Below, in pieces: positions 39,231 to 55,302 of a DNA stretch of 64,000 nt (the first letter of the stretch is position 1; every line of letters starts with the position of its first letter). Position numbers and translations under genes: made by a program. A model generated the notes under the pieces. The model did no database searches. It saw only the letters and a list, made by a program, of their open reading frames with translations, and was not told the origin of the DNA. The DNA is from Octopus sinensis (taxonomy: Eukaryota): contig NC_042998.1 in assembly GCF_006345805.1 (NCBI RefSeq), positions 188,108,001 to 188,172,000 of the forward strand, written 5' to 3'.

Positions 39231-40142
39231 TCCTTGCCTTATATGTGTGTGTGTGCGTGATAAAGAGAGAGAGATATAGAAAGAGATAGATAGATTGAGA
39301 AAGAGAGAGAGAGAGAGAAATGAAGAAGAGAAAGAGGTGTCGAGATTGTGAACAGGCGAGTGAAATTGAGACTCAGTAGGCGCACCTACAACGGAGCTGT
39401 TCCGTGAATATGTAAAGCGATTTCTTGAAAAATACGAATAAGTTCTATGGTATCCGTAGGAAAGGAACATATGGCTTGCACAGCACCGCGCTGCCTTACT
39501 TAGCCACACCAAATATAATCATAACCAAGGCAAATACTAAGAACATAAGGTATTAGAAATAGATAAGTATTGTAGATCAACGACTATATTGGCTTTACCT
39601 ACCAGACTTTTATTTGAGTGACTCTCTCTCCTAAGCAAGTTGCCTTCATCAAGGCGAGAGTGCACGTCTATCCATCTGAAATATATATAGGTCCCTTTGC
39701 GCTATTATTAGATAGCTTTTGACCTTACGCTGGGTTCATCTTGCCCTTTGACAGCTATTACACATGTAGCACTTCAGCATGAACAAAACTAAACAAATGC
39801 TTACACATGGACGAGTATATTGAGTGTTCCCGAAAATGCAATGGGGTCAAAACCATTCTCATACAGAGTTTTAATTTTTCGTCCATTAAAACAGCATTAA
39901 AAAAAAACATTACGTGGTTAAAAGAGTTTCTCAGTCTTGTTCACTGAGTTATCTTGTAGAGGGTGCCACATTAATCACCGACGACCCGACTATATAACAA
40001 TCTGTACTGAATGACACGTTAGCAGTCGTACTGACGGGTGACTCGGCACATACGCGGAGCGCAAACACATACGCAGTCACATATTTCTGTGTGCACAGAC
40101 ACCCACCTACCCACACATCCAACCACCGTGCGCGCACACACG

Positions 40143-40193
<51 letters not shown>

Positions 40194-40956
40194 ACACACA
40201 CACACACACAAGCACACCATACACGCGTGCGCGCGCTCTTATTTGGAGACTTGGTCCTGCACCTAAGCTACCGCGTATATACACTTTATATACTTACATT
40301 CACATAATAATTATGGAGATATGCATTGTCTGAATGTACAAGACACCTTTGTTTGTAGATGGATACTTAGTTGTGTTTTAATTCCTATGACTATACGTGC
40401 TGTAAATGATTATATTCAATATGAGTACTAAAATAACAAGAACAAAAATATCGAAAAGAAAACAAGACATTAGAAATGATTGCGACGTATTTGTTTAAAA
40501 TATTAGTCATAGATCATGACGTATGAAATATTAAGCGTGAGAAAATAACAGGCTTTCGTACTTAGTCGTACTTCATAGTTCTACTCACTAAATCCCCTCA
40601 GTTGTTGTCGATTTCTTAAAGATACTTGAGTAAGCGAATGCTAAGTTTTCACTACACAGTGTCTCAATAGTCTAATTATGCAGTAGCGATCACGTTATTC
40701 ACACGCGCGTGTGTATGTATGTATGTATGTATGTATGTATGTATGTATGTATGTATGTATGTATGTATGTATGTATGTATGTGTGTGTGTATGTATGTAT
40801 ATATGTATGTATGTGTGTGTGTATGTACACGCACAAACAAATATTTACATATATAAACATATACATATATATGTATGTGTTTATATATGAATGTATGTAT
40901 GCGCATGTGTGAGTGTGTGTATGTGCTTATGTCTATGATATGTCTCTGCTCTATGC

Positions 40957-41039
<83 letters not shown>

Positions 41040-41656
41040 GCATTTATATGTATATATGTATGTTTGTGTCTATGATGTGACTGTGGATTATACATGCACA
41101 CAGACATACACACATACACTCACGTTATGTAAGTGTAATCGCGCATATACAACCACCACTCAGAATTGAAGATGAGCTAGTATCAACATCTACAATGATT
41201 TCGGTGATCAAGTAATTGTGAGCAGATACAGCCATCCTCTTGCGTATCTCACTATGGGGCCTGATGCGACACGCTAGGTTTTAATTTAATCGATTTCCCA
41301 GTAAATGAATACCTAAGTTGACTTCGATGGATTTTGAATTCAGAGCGTAGGGAACCGGAACAAATATTCTATCCGCTATTTCAGCGACTCTGTCAATCGA
41401 AGGCCGCCTCATAATGACTAGTTTTCTCAGACTAAGAATTTGGAAGTATAAATTGTATTTATTTCGCTTTGAATGAGCGTATACAGGAAAGGTTGTTAAT
41501 ATTTTTGTAGACAGAGTGGAGTTTTATTTTTATTTGCTTTCATTTTAGCAATTTTGTATACATTAACCTTGTGTGTATGTGTACGCGATAGTGTATATAC
41601 TAGTAATGATATGTGTATATGGGTGTGTGTATATATATGTATGTATGTTTGTGTGT

Positions 41657-41706
<50 letters not shown>

Positions 41707-41885
41707 TTAATTCCGTTCTCCATGCTGGCATGGGTTGGGAGAGCGGAGAGCTGCACCAGGGTCCATTTGTTTGTTTAGGCATGGCTTCTACAACGACTGG
41801 ATGCCCTTCCTATCGCCAACCACTTTTCAGAATGTACTGGGTGCTTTTGGATGTGGAACCAGTACCGGCGCCTATTACATGGTAC
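41657..41885 (-). mobile_element. SINE fragment with Meta-domain-like motif and (ATG)n tail
   Basis: The minus strand reads GGTTGGCGATAGGAAGGGCATCCAGTCGT...CCATGCCAGCATGGAG before (GAT)n. Confidence 0.6.
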
Positions 41886-41912
41886 CAGCAAGGTTTTTTT
41901 TTATATGGCACA

Positions 41913-41949
<37 letters not shown>

Positions 41950-43362
41950 TCGTGTAAATGACATGATCATCAGAGCATAGTTAAGTTATTTAACCAGTGT
42001 AGCGAAAACTTAGCATTCACTTGCTCAAGGAATCGTTAAGAAAAATACGAACGTTGGTATGTTTAATTTGTCATTCAGTGAGATGGTGTGTAAATTGGCG
42101 TAGTAGCGTGGCAGTTGATCAGATATGAAACTTTGTGTATGGTTAAGGAATTTCGTAGTTTGTTGACAGTTGAAGAATTGTGGGATGAAGGCAATCCCGT
42201 TGATGGGATTTGATGTTTTTGAGGAAATCAGTTTATGTTAGGAGAAATTGACGAATTGATAGGGTTGTTAGATCACCAACCACAATGCCTTCCCGGTTTT
42301 GTCTTGGTTCTCTACGTTATTATTTCGAATTCCAGAGAAGTCGATTTTGGTTTTCATCATTTCGGGGTTCGTAGATAATGTATCAGTACAGAACAGAGGA
42401 TTGACTGAATTATATATCAATGCCAAGTTGGTAGCACCCAAAAATTTAATAAGATATCTACACAAAACTTTATCTCAAATACGCTCTGTTGATCCTTCGT
42501 TTAATCAATGTACTCGGCCTACCATTTTAAAAACATTTATCCTGAGCACGTTTATCCTCATCTTGTTCACATTTTCCACAGTATCGCTACATTCTCTCCA
42601 AATGTAAAGTTACCGAATAAGGCTTTATTAAAAGCTGGAACTATCAATCCTTAGAAAATTTCACTTTAATGTTCTGATACTATCGTGCTTTTATTCTTTA
42701 CATTTACAGAGGGCAACAGCTCTTGGCTAACCTGGAGCCGTTTTCCCTTGTGTATCCTCACAGCGAACAAAATAGCATGATAGTTGAAGCATAAAATTTA
42801 CAAATAAATTGCATGATAGTTCTTGATTACCGGGATCAAGTGAAAACACTTAAACAATCCTCTCCTACATACGTACATATTTGGTCAAGAATGATACGGT
42901 AGACAATCTCAAAATTAAAATAAATTAAACCTAATTAAAAATAGTACGTGTGCATGTAAGAGGAGAGAGTCTTATCTTTGGCATTTCAGTGGTAACTCCG
43001 GATATACTTGATCTCATAACAACTCTTTGGCAAACGATAATCTTACAAGTACTAACTTCAAAATGAATGATAAACAGGACTTTCAGTGAATTTAATTGTA
43101 CTGCTTAGCATCAAGTTGTTTTGAATTATGCTTACTTATGTTGTTTTATATTCGCGAAAAATCACATGGCCCAGTGGTTAGAAAACAGGGCCCTTGATAA
43201 TTAAATTGTAGGTTCGATTCCCGGTCTAGAACACGCGTTATATAACCTTAGAGAAAGCACTTTATCTCCTGTTTCTCTAAGTATACCCAGCTGGTAAAAA
43301 AATGAGTATTAAAACTGGAGGTTAACTCTGTTATTCATAGCCACAAATAAAAGAATATACAT

Positions 43363-43417
<55 letters not shown>

Positions 43418-44720
43418 ATATATATATATACATATATACATATATGCATATATAATATTATATATATATATATAGATATTTTACTTTATTATTGTAAAGT
43501 AGCAATCCAAAAGGATGAGAGACAACACTGACCTTGGCAGACTTGAGCACAGAACATAAAAAGGAATTCACCCAGGGTGGGGGAGAACCGGTTTAAGTAA
43601 AATAGAGATGAAATAAAGTCGAAGTAAATCATTAAAAAATTTACATACAAAGGTGCGAGTAGAAAAGAAGTTCGCGATTACACATACTGCGACATTTCTT
43701 AGTGACTTAACAACCAACTATCCACCACCTCGTTCATTACCTTTTTAATCACTACCTTTTTAATAGCAGCATCCAGAAATATCTGAAGTAGCACTGACTT
43801 GAATACACAAATACTTATTGAGCAACTAGAAATGAGGCCGAAATGTCGCATCCAAAACTGATGATTGCACACTGACTTCGAATAGTTTGGGGTTTCACGA
43901 TGTGGAAACGGAACGGAGAGATAGAACCTCAGCTGTTTGGGATCTTACATCAATTGCTCTATCTCGGAGTACTTCCCACTCCCATTAAATGACCGACCAT
44001 TTAGTGCGGCAAAATTTTTGTTCTACTGGATGCCAAAACCACTGACTGATTTGTTGATTATCACGCGATCTTGCTTCCTTCGGTACTCATCTATCCTGAA
44101 CACTGTAGAAAACCCGTGACGAATAATTACAAAGAACATGGCCATCGTGCAATCAGGTAGAGAAGAAGATTCTTATCGAGATCAGTGTTTTAGGTTGGTA
44201 TCCTCTATACCTCGATGTATTGAAACCAAATCATTGAAACCAAAAGAACTCGAACCATGTACTAACTGTTATTTCATATTCGCCTTTCAATTTTTGACGT
44301 ACTTGATCATATATTTTGGATCTTCTAAGACTAATTACAATATTTTGAGATTTGGGACTTGTTATGATCCCTGCATGGAAGCTATGTATTGTAGAATCAA
44401 AAATACCAGAAAATAACAACAAAATACCAAATAAAAAAAACAAACAAAAATTAGCTTTGATCTATTAAATTTGGGCAGTCTGACTTAATTGACATTAAAT
44501 ATTCAATTTTTTCATAATATTCTAATTTTCTGAGATGCATCGATAAAAGAGCTAGGAATGGTAGAATTATCAGAGCGTCAGTATTCAGTGAATTCAAATC
44601 CTGCCGAGATCTAATTTACCTTTCATAATTTCGGGGTCGACAGTGTAAGTACCATTCAAGTATTGAGGTTGATAAAATCGACTTTCCTCTAAATTTCTGA
44701 ACTTGTGATTATGTAAGAAA

Positions 44721-44773
<53 letters not shown>

Positions 44774-45699
44774 CATTTATTTATTTATTTATGGACATTC
44801 ACACACACACATGCACATATATGGAGGGTTGTACCTGACTTGCAATATTCTTCATATTGTATTTTGAGAGGATAATTCTGCCAACAAAGTAAGTGTAGTG
44901 GTTGCAGTTCACTCTTATCATTAACTAATTAACTAATCAATTAATTGATTTGTCAGTCTTTCACTACACAACTGTAGCCTTTCGGATGAATTGTAAGGGG
45001 CAACCCATTGATTATATGGAGAAAGATTTGACAAATTAATCAAGTGATTAATAAATTAATTAATAATAAAAAGATTAACTACAGCCAGAGAGTATATTCT
45101 ATTGGCAGAATGACATAGTATACAAATATAAATGCATACAGATAGACACACATGTTTATTAACACTACTACTACTACTACAAATACTACCACCACTACCA
45201 CAACCGATATGGCTACACATATTCCCGCACTCTTTTCGGCTTGTATATATTTCTGTCCGTCTGTTTGTCTGCCTTCCATCTTTATAAGGAAGCGCATCTT
45301 TTACTAAACAGTCCCCAAATGCCTTTGAACGAAACATTACGTATTTTGTTGGACTCACTCTTATTAATACAACATATTTACTCTCAATCCAAGCACTTCA
45401 GTAGCCTAACCATGTTTCTATCTCAGATCATCACAGGACTTCGTGTTTGTATGTTTATATACATATTTATTTATGTGTGGTGTATGTGTGTGTGTATTCA
45501 TAGTTATATGTATCTATCTAACTCTCTTATACTCTCTCTCTCTCTTTCTGTACACACACACACACACACACACACACCACACACACACACACACACATAC
45601 ACACACACACATGCACACACACTATTTCCTTGCGCGACGATACTGGGAAAATCGAAAAATATATATAAGAATTCCAGAGAAATTAACAACGGAAACTAC

Positions 45700-46845
45700 T
45701 AAACCGAAAAATTGATAGATCAGTGCCTTCACAGCCATCAACAGAATAGAAACTTCGCCCTCATGTCGTATAAGAAATAATTCTGGCATAAACTTCCACC
45801 TTAAAGTTCATATAAAAAACTGAATGTATGAGCCAACCTGGAATTTTAACGATAAAATATAATTAAAATCCATGACAGAATACGAGACTCATTCCGATGA
45901 AGAAAAAAAAATGCGCTAAAAAAGAATCTAATACTAGTCCTACAGGATCTGATAAATAAGCATAAAATTGTAATAAGCAAAACACTTGGGGCAATCGGTT
46001 TGTTTTTTTAGGCAAAGGCGATTACGTTATAATAGTCAACAGTATACTAAATGACGACAGCAAATTCGTCAAACTTAGAAGAGGTAACTTTGCAAAATAA
46101 AAAATTAAACTGAATAAATTAATTACCGCTGCAAACGCTATGCCAGTCTAGTATATAAAAACATACATTTATTGAACCACCAAGTCATAGAAAATACTCT
46201 TCCCTCGATCTATGATTTATATCAACACACTTACTCATAGAATCGTTGAACAATTAAATAGCATTATAAAGAAATATATACTAGCGAGATACAGTGTACG
46301 ACCACCAGATTACAAAAAGTTTCGAAAGAAAGCTTTCAAAGTTGGCAACATTTCCACTTTCGAAGTAAAACATTTTTTATCAATGTTCTGGTCATGGAAA
46401 CTACAGCCATAATTTTAGATAAGCTACATAATCTATGCTAAAACTATTTAAAATGTTAAGAAAAAACAAGTTCTCTCTCATGTTCCACTAGGCAACCTTT
46501 ACACTCAAAGGAGCGGAGTAGTTACGGGATCTCAAACAGGTGCTTATTTGCGGTGTTTTATATGGTTAACGTCGAAAATGACCATATATACACACATACT
46601 TTACTCCACACAAGGACACATATGGAGATAGGGATCCACACATATAGAGATGCACATCCATACATACAAACATGGTACATAGTTGCATAACACACGCACA
46701 CAGACATGCACACACAAGGAGATATATACAAACACACGCTCGCGCACACACATACATAGAAAATACACAAACATGGTCATGCAAGCACACGAATATGCAG
46801 GATACATACAGATGCACACACATACATACATATATACATATACAT

Positions 46846-46887
<42 letters not shown>

Positions 46888-48000
46888 ACATACACGTGCA
46901 TACATACATACACACATACATACGTACATGCATGCATGCATGGGCACACACACATACACACTGACCCACACACATGCACGCAAACAAACAAAAAGGAACG
47001 CAGTGTAAATATTGAAAAGGTTGCAAGACGCAACGAAAATTTTAGGAAAATAAAAATAAGAAATAAGTGGAAATTTTACCGGTGAGTGTGTTACATTATA
47101 AGGCACAAAAAGAAAGCGACTCTCCCAAGACACAACAAAATATGCTTCAACACACGAACTCATATAAAGAATCTTGTAAACCAAATCCAAAAACGAAGTA
47201 GAAAATAAAGTTATTTCAAAATATAATCTAAACATGAAGTTATTTCTAAACTATAGTCACCAAGCACGTTAATGACATGTTCTTTATCAGAAAAGCAAAC
47301 AGATAGACTTTAAGAATATTTTGAAAATAATTCCATCCCTAAATTCACAATCCAAACATAGTTTCATAGTGAATTCTGATCACAACAACACCCTGTTTAT
47401 GTAAATAAGCGTGAGAATAAGAAACGAAATATTATGAAAAGTTCCAACAAATACCTATACATGAATTGAAATAGTGGTTCGCCCCAGATATATAAAATTT
47501 CTGCCCTCAAACCCCTTCTAAGTCGAGCTTTTAAATTACCATTTACTATAACAGTTTTGAATAAGAATGAAAAATGTAATTGAGAGTGAAAAGATAATAA
47601 AATTATTGATACACAAAAAGTTCTGGAACAATTGAACAAATTCACCCACACAGATACAACATCAAGTAAAAACACATAGTAAAGTGCATGAACCAAATGT
47701 ACTCTTGTTATAGAATAGATTAATAAGTCATAGAACATAAAACATGTAATACACCAAACCGTAAATTAATACTTAGAATATATAAAAAAATCTCTAGGAT
47801 AAAAAAGAGATATTAAAAACTTCTCATCGTCACAAAACCTCAAAGTTGCGAGCCACAGAACGTTGTTCAGACAACCAAGACAATTAAAATAATTGTCCGA
47901 CAGTCTCTCGTCGGTTGGAGTCATCAGAGTACTTGACAGAGTACTTCGAACAAAATTATAATGAAAAAGATTGAGAGCACAACCACCCCATATAGAATTC
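45700..48000 (+). mobile_element. Highly decayed Penelope-like RT(-GIY-YIG) ORF remnant, interrupted by microsatellite
   Basis: ~46011 GKGDYVIIVNSILNDDSKFVKL resembles the PLE DKG...IL.D.SKF motif; ~47335 IPKFTI; ~47445 PTNTYT/YMN thumb-like segment. Confidence 0.45.
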
Positions 48001-48049
48001 CGCAAGATCCATTCATGCAATTTCTCTGTTCATTATTTATGGGAGGGTC

Positions 48050-48480
48050 GGTGGAGTAGAGCCCTCAGGTATCTCCTCCATAGGGTCCTATCAGAAATAA
48101 CCGTCATTAGGTTTTCTGGATTCCCAAGCACGACCAGCTGAGACTATGGATATTATTCAACCATCTTGTTCATGATTTATCCTCAGGTCTCCTGAAGAAT
48201 CCGTCTTGTGATTCTTTCCGGCGATATTCTAATCACATGTCCGATGTACCGGAGCAGTGATCTCTCGCTGCGGTGACATAGAGGCTCAACTTGGAGAGAT
48301 ACCCTGATCCCCGAGCTACGCACCTTGTCGAGTAACGTTACTCCAGAGATCTTCTCGGAGGAACCCCATTCAGTCGCTCGTATTCACGATCGCACTCTTT
48401 CGGTCATTACTCAACATTCATGACTATAGGTGAAGATTTCACAAACGTAGTTGTTATAAACATATCAACTATACCTGCTT
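48050..48480 (-). mobile_element. RTE-clade LINE 3' fragment
   Basis: KISGVTLLDKVRSSGIRVSLQVEPL...LLRYIGHVIRISPERITRRIL (RTE C-terminal LRW.GHV.R motif). Confidence 0.8.
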
Positions 48481-48704
48481 CACCGTAGATTGAAAACATT
48501 GATTTTCCACCCTTACTGGACTCTTATCACAAGTGTCTACTTTTGAACAAACCCTTGAACAGTCTCGGAGAAAAGTAAATAGCCAATCCGTTTATGTATA
48601 CACCAAATCTATCAGCTTCACAAAACTGGGACTACTGATTTGCATACTTACAAGTGTTTGAATCTATTAAGTATCAGTATTCAGTATATACATACATACA
48701 TACG

Positions 48705-48740
<36 letters not shown>

Positions 48741-48983
48741 TATATACATATATATATACATATATATATATATATAAAATAAGGGTGAAAAAATTAGATA
48801 TTAATTTAATAATACCATCAATTTAACATCAAGTGACTTAGTGCATAAAAACCAGGGATAAACTTTATATATATATATATATATTATATATATATATATA
48901 TAAACGGAGACAGAGCGAGCGAGACAGAGTATATATATGTATGTATACATACACACACTCACACACGCATACTATATATATAT

Positions 48984-49037
<54 letters not shown>

Positions 49038-49072
49038 AATATATATATACACACATACAGTATATACATACA

Positions 49073-49126
<54 letters not shown>

Positions 49127-49169
49127 GCAATCTATATATCTATCTGTCTGTCTGTCTGTCTGTCTGTCT

Positions 49170-49200
<31 letters not shown>

Positions 49201-49714
49201 GTCTGTCTGTCTGTTTGTGCACATACACATACACACACATATGTATGTATGCAGTAATCTACTGCTTATATCATCGCCACACCCTAGAATATGTGAACAG
49301 GTACGTCATTTAAGAATAATTAATTTGTTCCAGTGTTTCAGTGTACATTTTCTTGAATCTTTCTCTCTGCACGTTTCAATGTATCTAAGGACAGTTGCGT
49401 ATGTACACATTAATATGTATGTTTGCTTTTACATTGATCTGTGCGATCTGTGCGAACGTTTGTAAATACACAACTAAGTGTATGTATAATACATGAAGAA
49501 AAAGACAACTGACTACGAAGCTTATTTAAAAAACAATTAAATATATATACATATAATTATTGACAAAGTGAAAAAGAGAGAGATAGATAGAGAGAGAGAG
49601 AGAGAGAGAGTATGTGAAAAAGAGGGGGCGAAAAGGGAAGACAGAATTGGTGCAAGATGCAAAAACTACTAGTAAGTGTCCACATATACGTAACACACAG
49701 ATATTTGTACGTAA

Positions 49715-49780
<66 letters not shown>

Positions 49781-50578
49781 TCTTATCATATGAGGTATTT
49801 ATAATTATTGACATAGAGAGAGGGAAAAAAAGCGACAGAGTATGTTTAGGTATGTGTGCTTATGTATGAACATATGTGTGCATTTGCGTATATGTGTGTA
49901 TGCATGTACGTTGGAAAAGTCAATTGCAATGAGGCAGTATGGGCCAAGAAGCATAAACTACTGGTAAGTTCACATACACACAGACACCAACAGTACATTT
50001 CTACACAAAGACACCAACAGTACATTTCTACACAAAGACACATACACTTGTGTTCACATGTCTTCATCCATATGAGCGACAACAGTTCTACATTTATACC
50101 AATACTAAACTTTGGATATTTGGTGTTGCAAAGATGTTTTTCGGGTAATACAATACATGCAAGCATATACACGCAATGCATGATAGAAAGGATGTATATT
50201 AAAATATTTACTCCAGATTTGGCTTGGTCAATCGATTGCTAATTCAATCTCAGTGGAAAAAAAGAATTGTGTACTTATATTAGTAGTTTTGTTTATAATC
50301 TCGTAGCTGCAAGATTTATCTAGTATGCGGTGACTGGACGCCTCCCACTGATAATGTCCAGTAGACTGAAATCACATGATAAGAGAGCGCTGGCGCCCAT
50401 AAGAAACGATTCTCATTTGCTCCGATCTACGTGTGTGATTTTATGCACCAAGCGTCAATATGAGAAGTTCTCTCAAGGCTAACAAACAGCGCAGTATCTT
50501 GTATATAAACAGGATATCCGCTTTAAGTTGGATAGAAAGATGACTTTTTAGTCGCCAATAATAATAATGATGATGATG

Positions 50579-50609
<31 letters not shown>

Positions 50610-50617
50610 TGATGATG

Positions 50618-51267
<650 letters not shown>

Positions 51268-51274
51268 TTCAAAA

Positions 51275-51436
51275 TGTGACCGCGTGTGTACCGTTGGCGA
51301 TTTTTTTCCCTCCATCTTCCCTTCTCTGGATCTTTCCTTTTCCTATGGTTCTGACGAAGAGCTCCGCTCGAAACGTTAAGCCCTCCTTCTTCCCTTTCTT
51401 CCTGAGCGTTGTTGTGTTTTCATGTTTGGATTAACT
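51275..51436 (+). mobile_element. Penelope-like terminal fragment ending in (TA)n
   Basis: Homologous to the reverse complement of 54867-55073; carries a hammerhead. Confidence 0.75.
51347..51382 (+). ncRNA. Minimal type I hammerhead motif
   Basis: TT-CTGACGA-A-GAGC-TCC-GCTC-GAAA-CG-TT-AA; canonical core and ACGT palindromic stem III. Confidence 0.8.
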
Positions 51437-51452
51437 ATATATATATATATAT

Positions 51453-51509
<57 letters not shown>

Positions 51510-51511
<2 letters not shown>

Positions 51512-51778
51512 AGGCGCGATGGCTTAGTGGTTAGGGCAGCGGACTCGTGGTCGTAGGATCGCGGTTTCGATTCCCAGACCGGGCGTTGTGAGTGTTTATT
51601 GAGCGAAAACACCTAAAAGCTCCACGACGCTCCAGCAGGGGTGATCCTGTTGTACTCTTTCACCACCCTTTCTTCTGTTGGCCTGCTGGCGTCATTCAAA
51701 GGCTAAAACAATGCGAATGCATTGTGACCAGCGATGTGTAACAACATCTGATGGTCTGGTCGGTCACGTGATCACGTG

Positions 51779-51780
<2 letters not shown>
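51510..51780 (+). mobile_element. Family C SINE with a third type of tail
   Basis: GGAGGCGCGATGGCTTAGTGGTTAGGGCAGCGGACTCG...GGTTTCGATTCCCAGACCGGGCG. Confidence 0.8.
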
Positions 51781-51813
<33 letters not shown>

Positions 51814-53136
51814 ATATATATATAGAGATTATAATATATATATATATATATAGAGATTATAATATATATATAGAGATTATAATATATATATAGAGATTAT
51901 AAACAATATATATATATATATACTTGGCTATGGTGCCCAAAGAATAACTGTAAACGCGGGTAAGTAGCTCGAGTATAAACTTGTGTTTATCCTTATTTTT
52001 CCTATATACGTATATAAGCATATATACATACATACGCACACACACACGTACACACGCACACAAACGCGTGCACACACACACCCTCGCGCACACGCGCGTT
52101 CACACACACATACACTCGTGCACACATACACACGTGTAAACACACATGCATACATGCGCGCGCGCACACACACACACACACACGTACACGCAAACACACA
52201 CACATGCACGCACGCACACACACACGCACGCACGCACGCACACACACAGACATGGAAAATACTGAGAAAAGGTTGCGTCAAATTTTGACATATGTGTATA
52301 TTGTTTAATTAAAACAAGTCTAACTTTTTTAATACAAAGGGCAAATAATTATATTCTATGTATTTGCATTAAAATAAATATAAAAATATGCTTTCACAAA
52401 ATAAATGATTTCGTATTATAAGCTTAACCGAAACTATATATCAGTGAACTAATTAATTAAGTAAGTTTGACGTATGTAACACAAGTGAAAAAGAGAGAAG
52501 GGGAAAAAAGCAAAGGATCACACATTATTTCGAATCTTTTGTATAGAAGAAGGATTTGGTGTATACATTTTTTTGTGTATTGCGGCTAAAAGTAGTAGAA
52601 AAAGATCACACTTAACTGACCAGGACTAGGTTTACGCTGATATTTAGCTTGTGAGTTTACAAGAAACCAAGTTTAAAGTAAACAGAAAATAGAGAAATAT
52701 TGACCAACAACGATTGACTTACATCAGTTATTATTTTTTAATTCAGTACAAATAGACTACATCCCATCTAACAGCTGTTTCTGCTTCCAATGTTGTTTGG
52801 TATTGCCATTGAAATGCTAAAAAATTATTTTCATCATATTTGGTAATAAAACCGATCTGGAGCATGGAGCTTCATCAAAGTGAAGAAAAATACAAACATA
52901 AAATACATAAAAGAAAAGAAGAGCCTAGAGACAAAAAAGAAAAGGCTGAATATGTTTAAATCATACCATTTTGCTTATGAGTCTCTTTGGGACGTTGAAT
53001 AGAATATGTATATATGTTTATATATATTAAATTAGAGATAAAACCACTATTCGGCAAATCAAACAGTGAAAATCATAAACCAATGCATAGAAATAAAATT
53101 AATTAATAAAAAATATATAAAATATAAATTCAAAAT

Positions 53137-53173
<37 letters not shown>

Positions 53174-53187
53174 TATATATGTATGTA

Positions 53188-53525
53188 TGCTGAGACCTCC
53201 TTTGGTCATGACTGACCATGGATTGCACATAGAAAGTTACCCTTTCAGGCACAAGTCCGGGCAAGGTTGTTTTATGGAAGACCAGCAGTCGCCCTCGCAT
53301 ACCGGCCTCCCCTCTCCACGCCACCAGTGTTATCAAAGGAAAAGGCAAAGGACGATACAGCTTGGCACCAGTGATGTCGCAACTCATTTCTACAACTGAG
53401 CGAACTGGAGCAACATGAAATAAAGTGTCTTGCTCAGGAACGCAACACGCAGCCCGGTCCAGGATTCGAACTCACAACCTCACGATCGTAAGCTCGACGC
53501 TCTAACCACTGAGCCATGAGCCTTC
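53188..53525 (-). mobile_element. tRNA-derived CORE-like SINE, family D
   Basis: Minus strand GGCTCATGGCTCAGTGGTTAGAGCG...GAGTTCGAATCC...CCTGAGCAAGACACTTTA. Decayed relatives at ~43165-43310 (+) and ~60400-60735 (-). Confidence 0.8.
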
Positions 53526-53880
53526 ACATATGTATGTATAAATACATAAATATACACACTCACGCAAATACACACATATACACGCATGCTTATACTCTCG
53601 GATTTCTGTACCCGTATTTTTATACATCCTAATTTTATTATTGTTGTAACAATCCCTATTAATCCATAATTTTGTGCTTCCCGCCTTCCTGCAAAACGTT
53701 CGTCTCTCATTGAACCGATTCTTGTATTATGTTTCACATCTGACGTTATCTATGTATAAAACGTTTCATTCACTCAATCTTTGCTGCACAGCATTGCATT
53801 CTCTCAAACTTCTAGCCTGTAGAGAACTCCTATATATTACATCCATTATATAAAAACTACACGTTAACTTCATTAGCCGG

Positions 53881-54277
53881 TTACTCTTTTACTCTTTTAC
53901 TTGTTTCAGTCATTTGACTGCGGCCATGCTGGAGCACCGCCTTTAATCGAGCAACTCGACCCCGGGACTTATTCTTTTGTAAGCCCAGTACTTATTCTAT
54001 CGGTCTCTTTTGCCGAACCGCTAAGTAACGGGGACATAAACACACCAGCATCGGTTGTCAAGCAATGCTAGGGGGACAAACACAGACACACAAACACACA
54101 CACGCATATATATATATATACATATATACGACGGGCTTCTTCCAATTTCCGTCTACCAAATCCACTCACAAGGCTTTGGTCGGCCCGAGGCTACAGTAGA
54201 AGACACTTGCCCAAGGTACCACGCAGTGGAACTGAACCCGGAACCATGTGGTTGGTAAACAAGCTACTTACCACACA
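53881..54277 (-). mobile_element. Family B SINE
   Basis: Near-perfect reverse complement of 3339-3727. Confidence 0.9.
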
Positions 54278-54544
54278 TGCATGGGATTATATTTTTTAAT
54301 GCATATTTCATACACGCACATACATATACATACACACATATTTACCTCTTACATTTACAACATCATATATGACTTTATGTATACATTTTGTGTATATTTG
54401 TGTTGTGTGTGTGTGCGCGCGCGTGCGTGTGTATGTGAATGCGTGCGTTAGCGTTTGTGTAGCTACATAGTAAAAGGCAATGTATGTAAAACTTTGTATT
54501 AAAGAGTGACAAGAGGGAGCTAAATGGGTAAATATATTCTATTT

Positions 54545-54812
54545 GTTTCCTTGTTTCACTCATTTGGCTGCGGCCACGCGAGAGCACCGCTTTAAAGGTT
54601 TTTTTTTTGGGGGGGGTCGAACAAATTGACCCCATGACACATTCTTTGTAATCGTAGTACTTATTCTATCGGGCTCTTTTGCTAGACCGCTAGTTACGGG
54701 AACCTACACACACCAGCATCGATTGTCAAGCGATGGTGTGTGTGTGCGTGTATGATTGACGAACACAGGTACACACACAAAATATATATACATTACATAT
54801 ATACATATATAT

Positions 54813-54867
<55 letters not shown>

Positions 54868-55088
54868 AGTTAATCCAAACATGAACGAAGAGAAAAACAC
54901 AACAACGCGAGGGACGTGGAACAAGTATAGTGTTATTGGACGCTCCGGAAAGGAAAGAAAGTCGGAGGATTTAACGTTTCGAGTAGAGCTCTTCGTCAGA
55001 AACATAGAAAAAGGAAAGGTCCAATGAAGGGAAGACGGAGAAAGAAAATCGCCAACGATATACACGCGGTCACACACACACACACACA

Positions 55089-55134
<46 letters not shown>

Positions 55135-55302
55135 ACACTCACGTCAGGCTATCAGTTTCCGTCTACCAAGTCCACTCATAAGGCTTCGGCCGGCCCGAGG
55201 CTATAGTAGAAGATACTTGCCCAAGGTGCCACGCAGCGGGACTGAACCCAGAACTATGTGTTTGGGAAGCAAGTTTCTTTCCATACACCCACGCCTGTGC
55301 CT
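54545..55302 (-). mobile_element. Family B SINE split by expanded microsatellite and a Penelope-like insert (54867-55073)
   Basis: 3' half at ~54545-54740 and 5' half at ~55145-55302. Confidence 0.75.
54969..55003 (-). ncRNA. Minimal type I hammerhead motif
   Basis: GTTT-CTGACGA-A-GAG-CTCTA-CTC-GAAA-CG-TT-AAAT. Confidence 0.75.

Noticed and set aside
51815-51903. Short tandem repeats (tatatagagattataa x4; also a 27-bp duplication at ~49982-50040)
   Set aside because: Ordinary slippage products.
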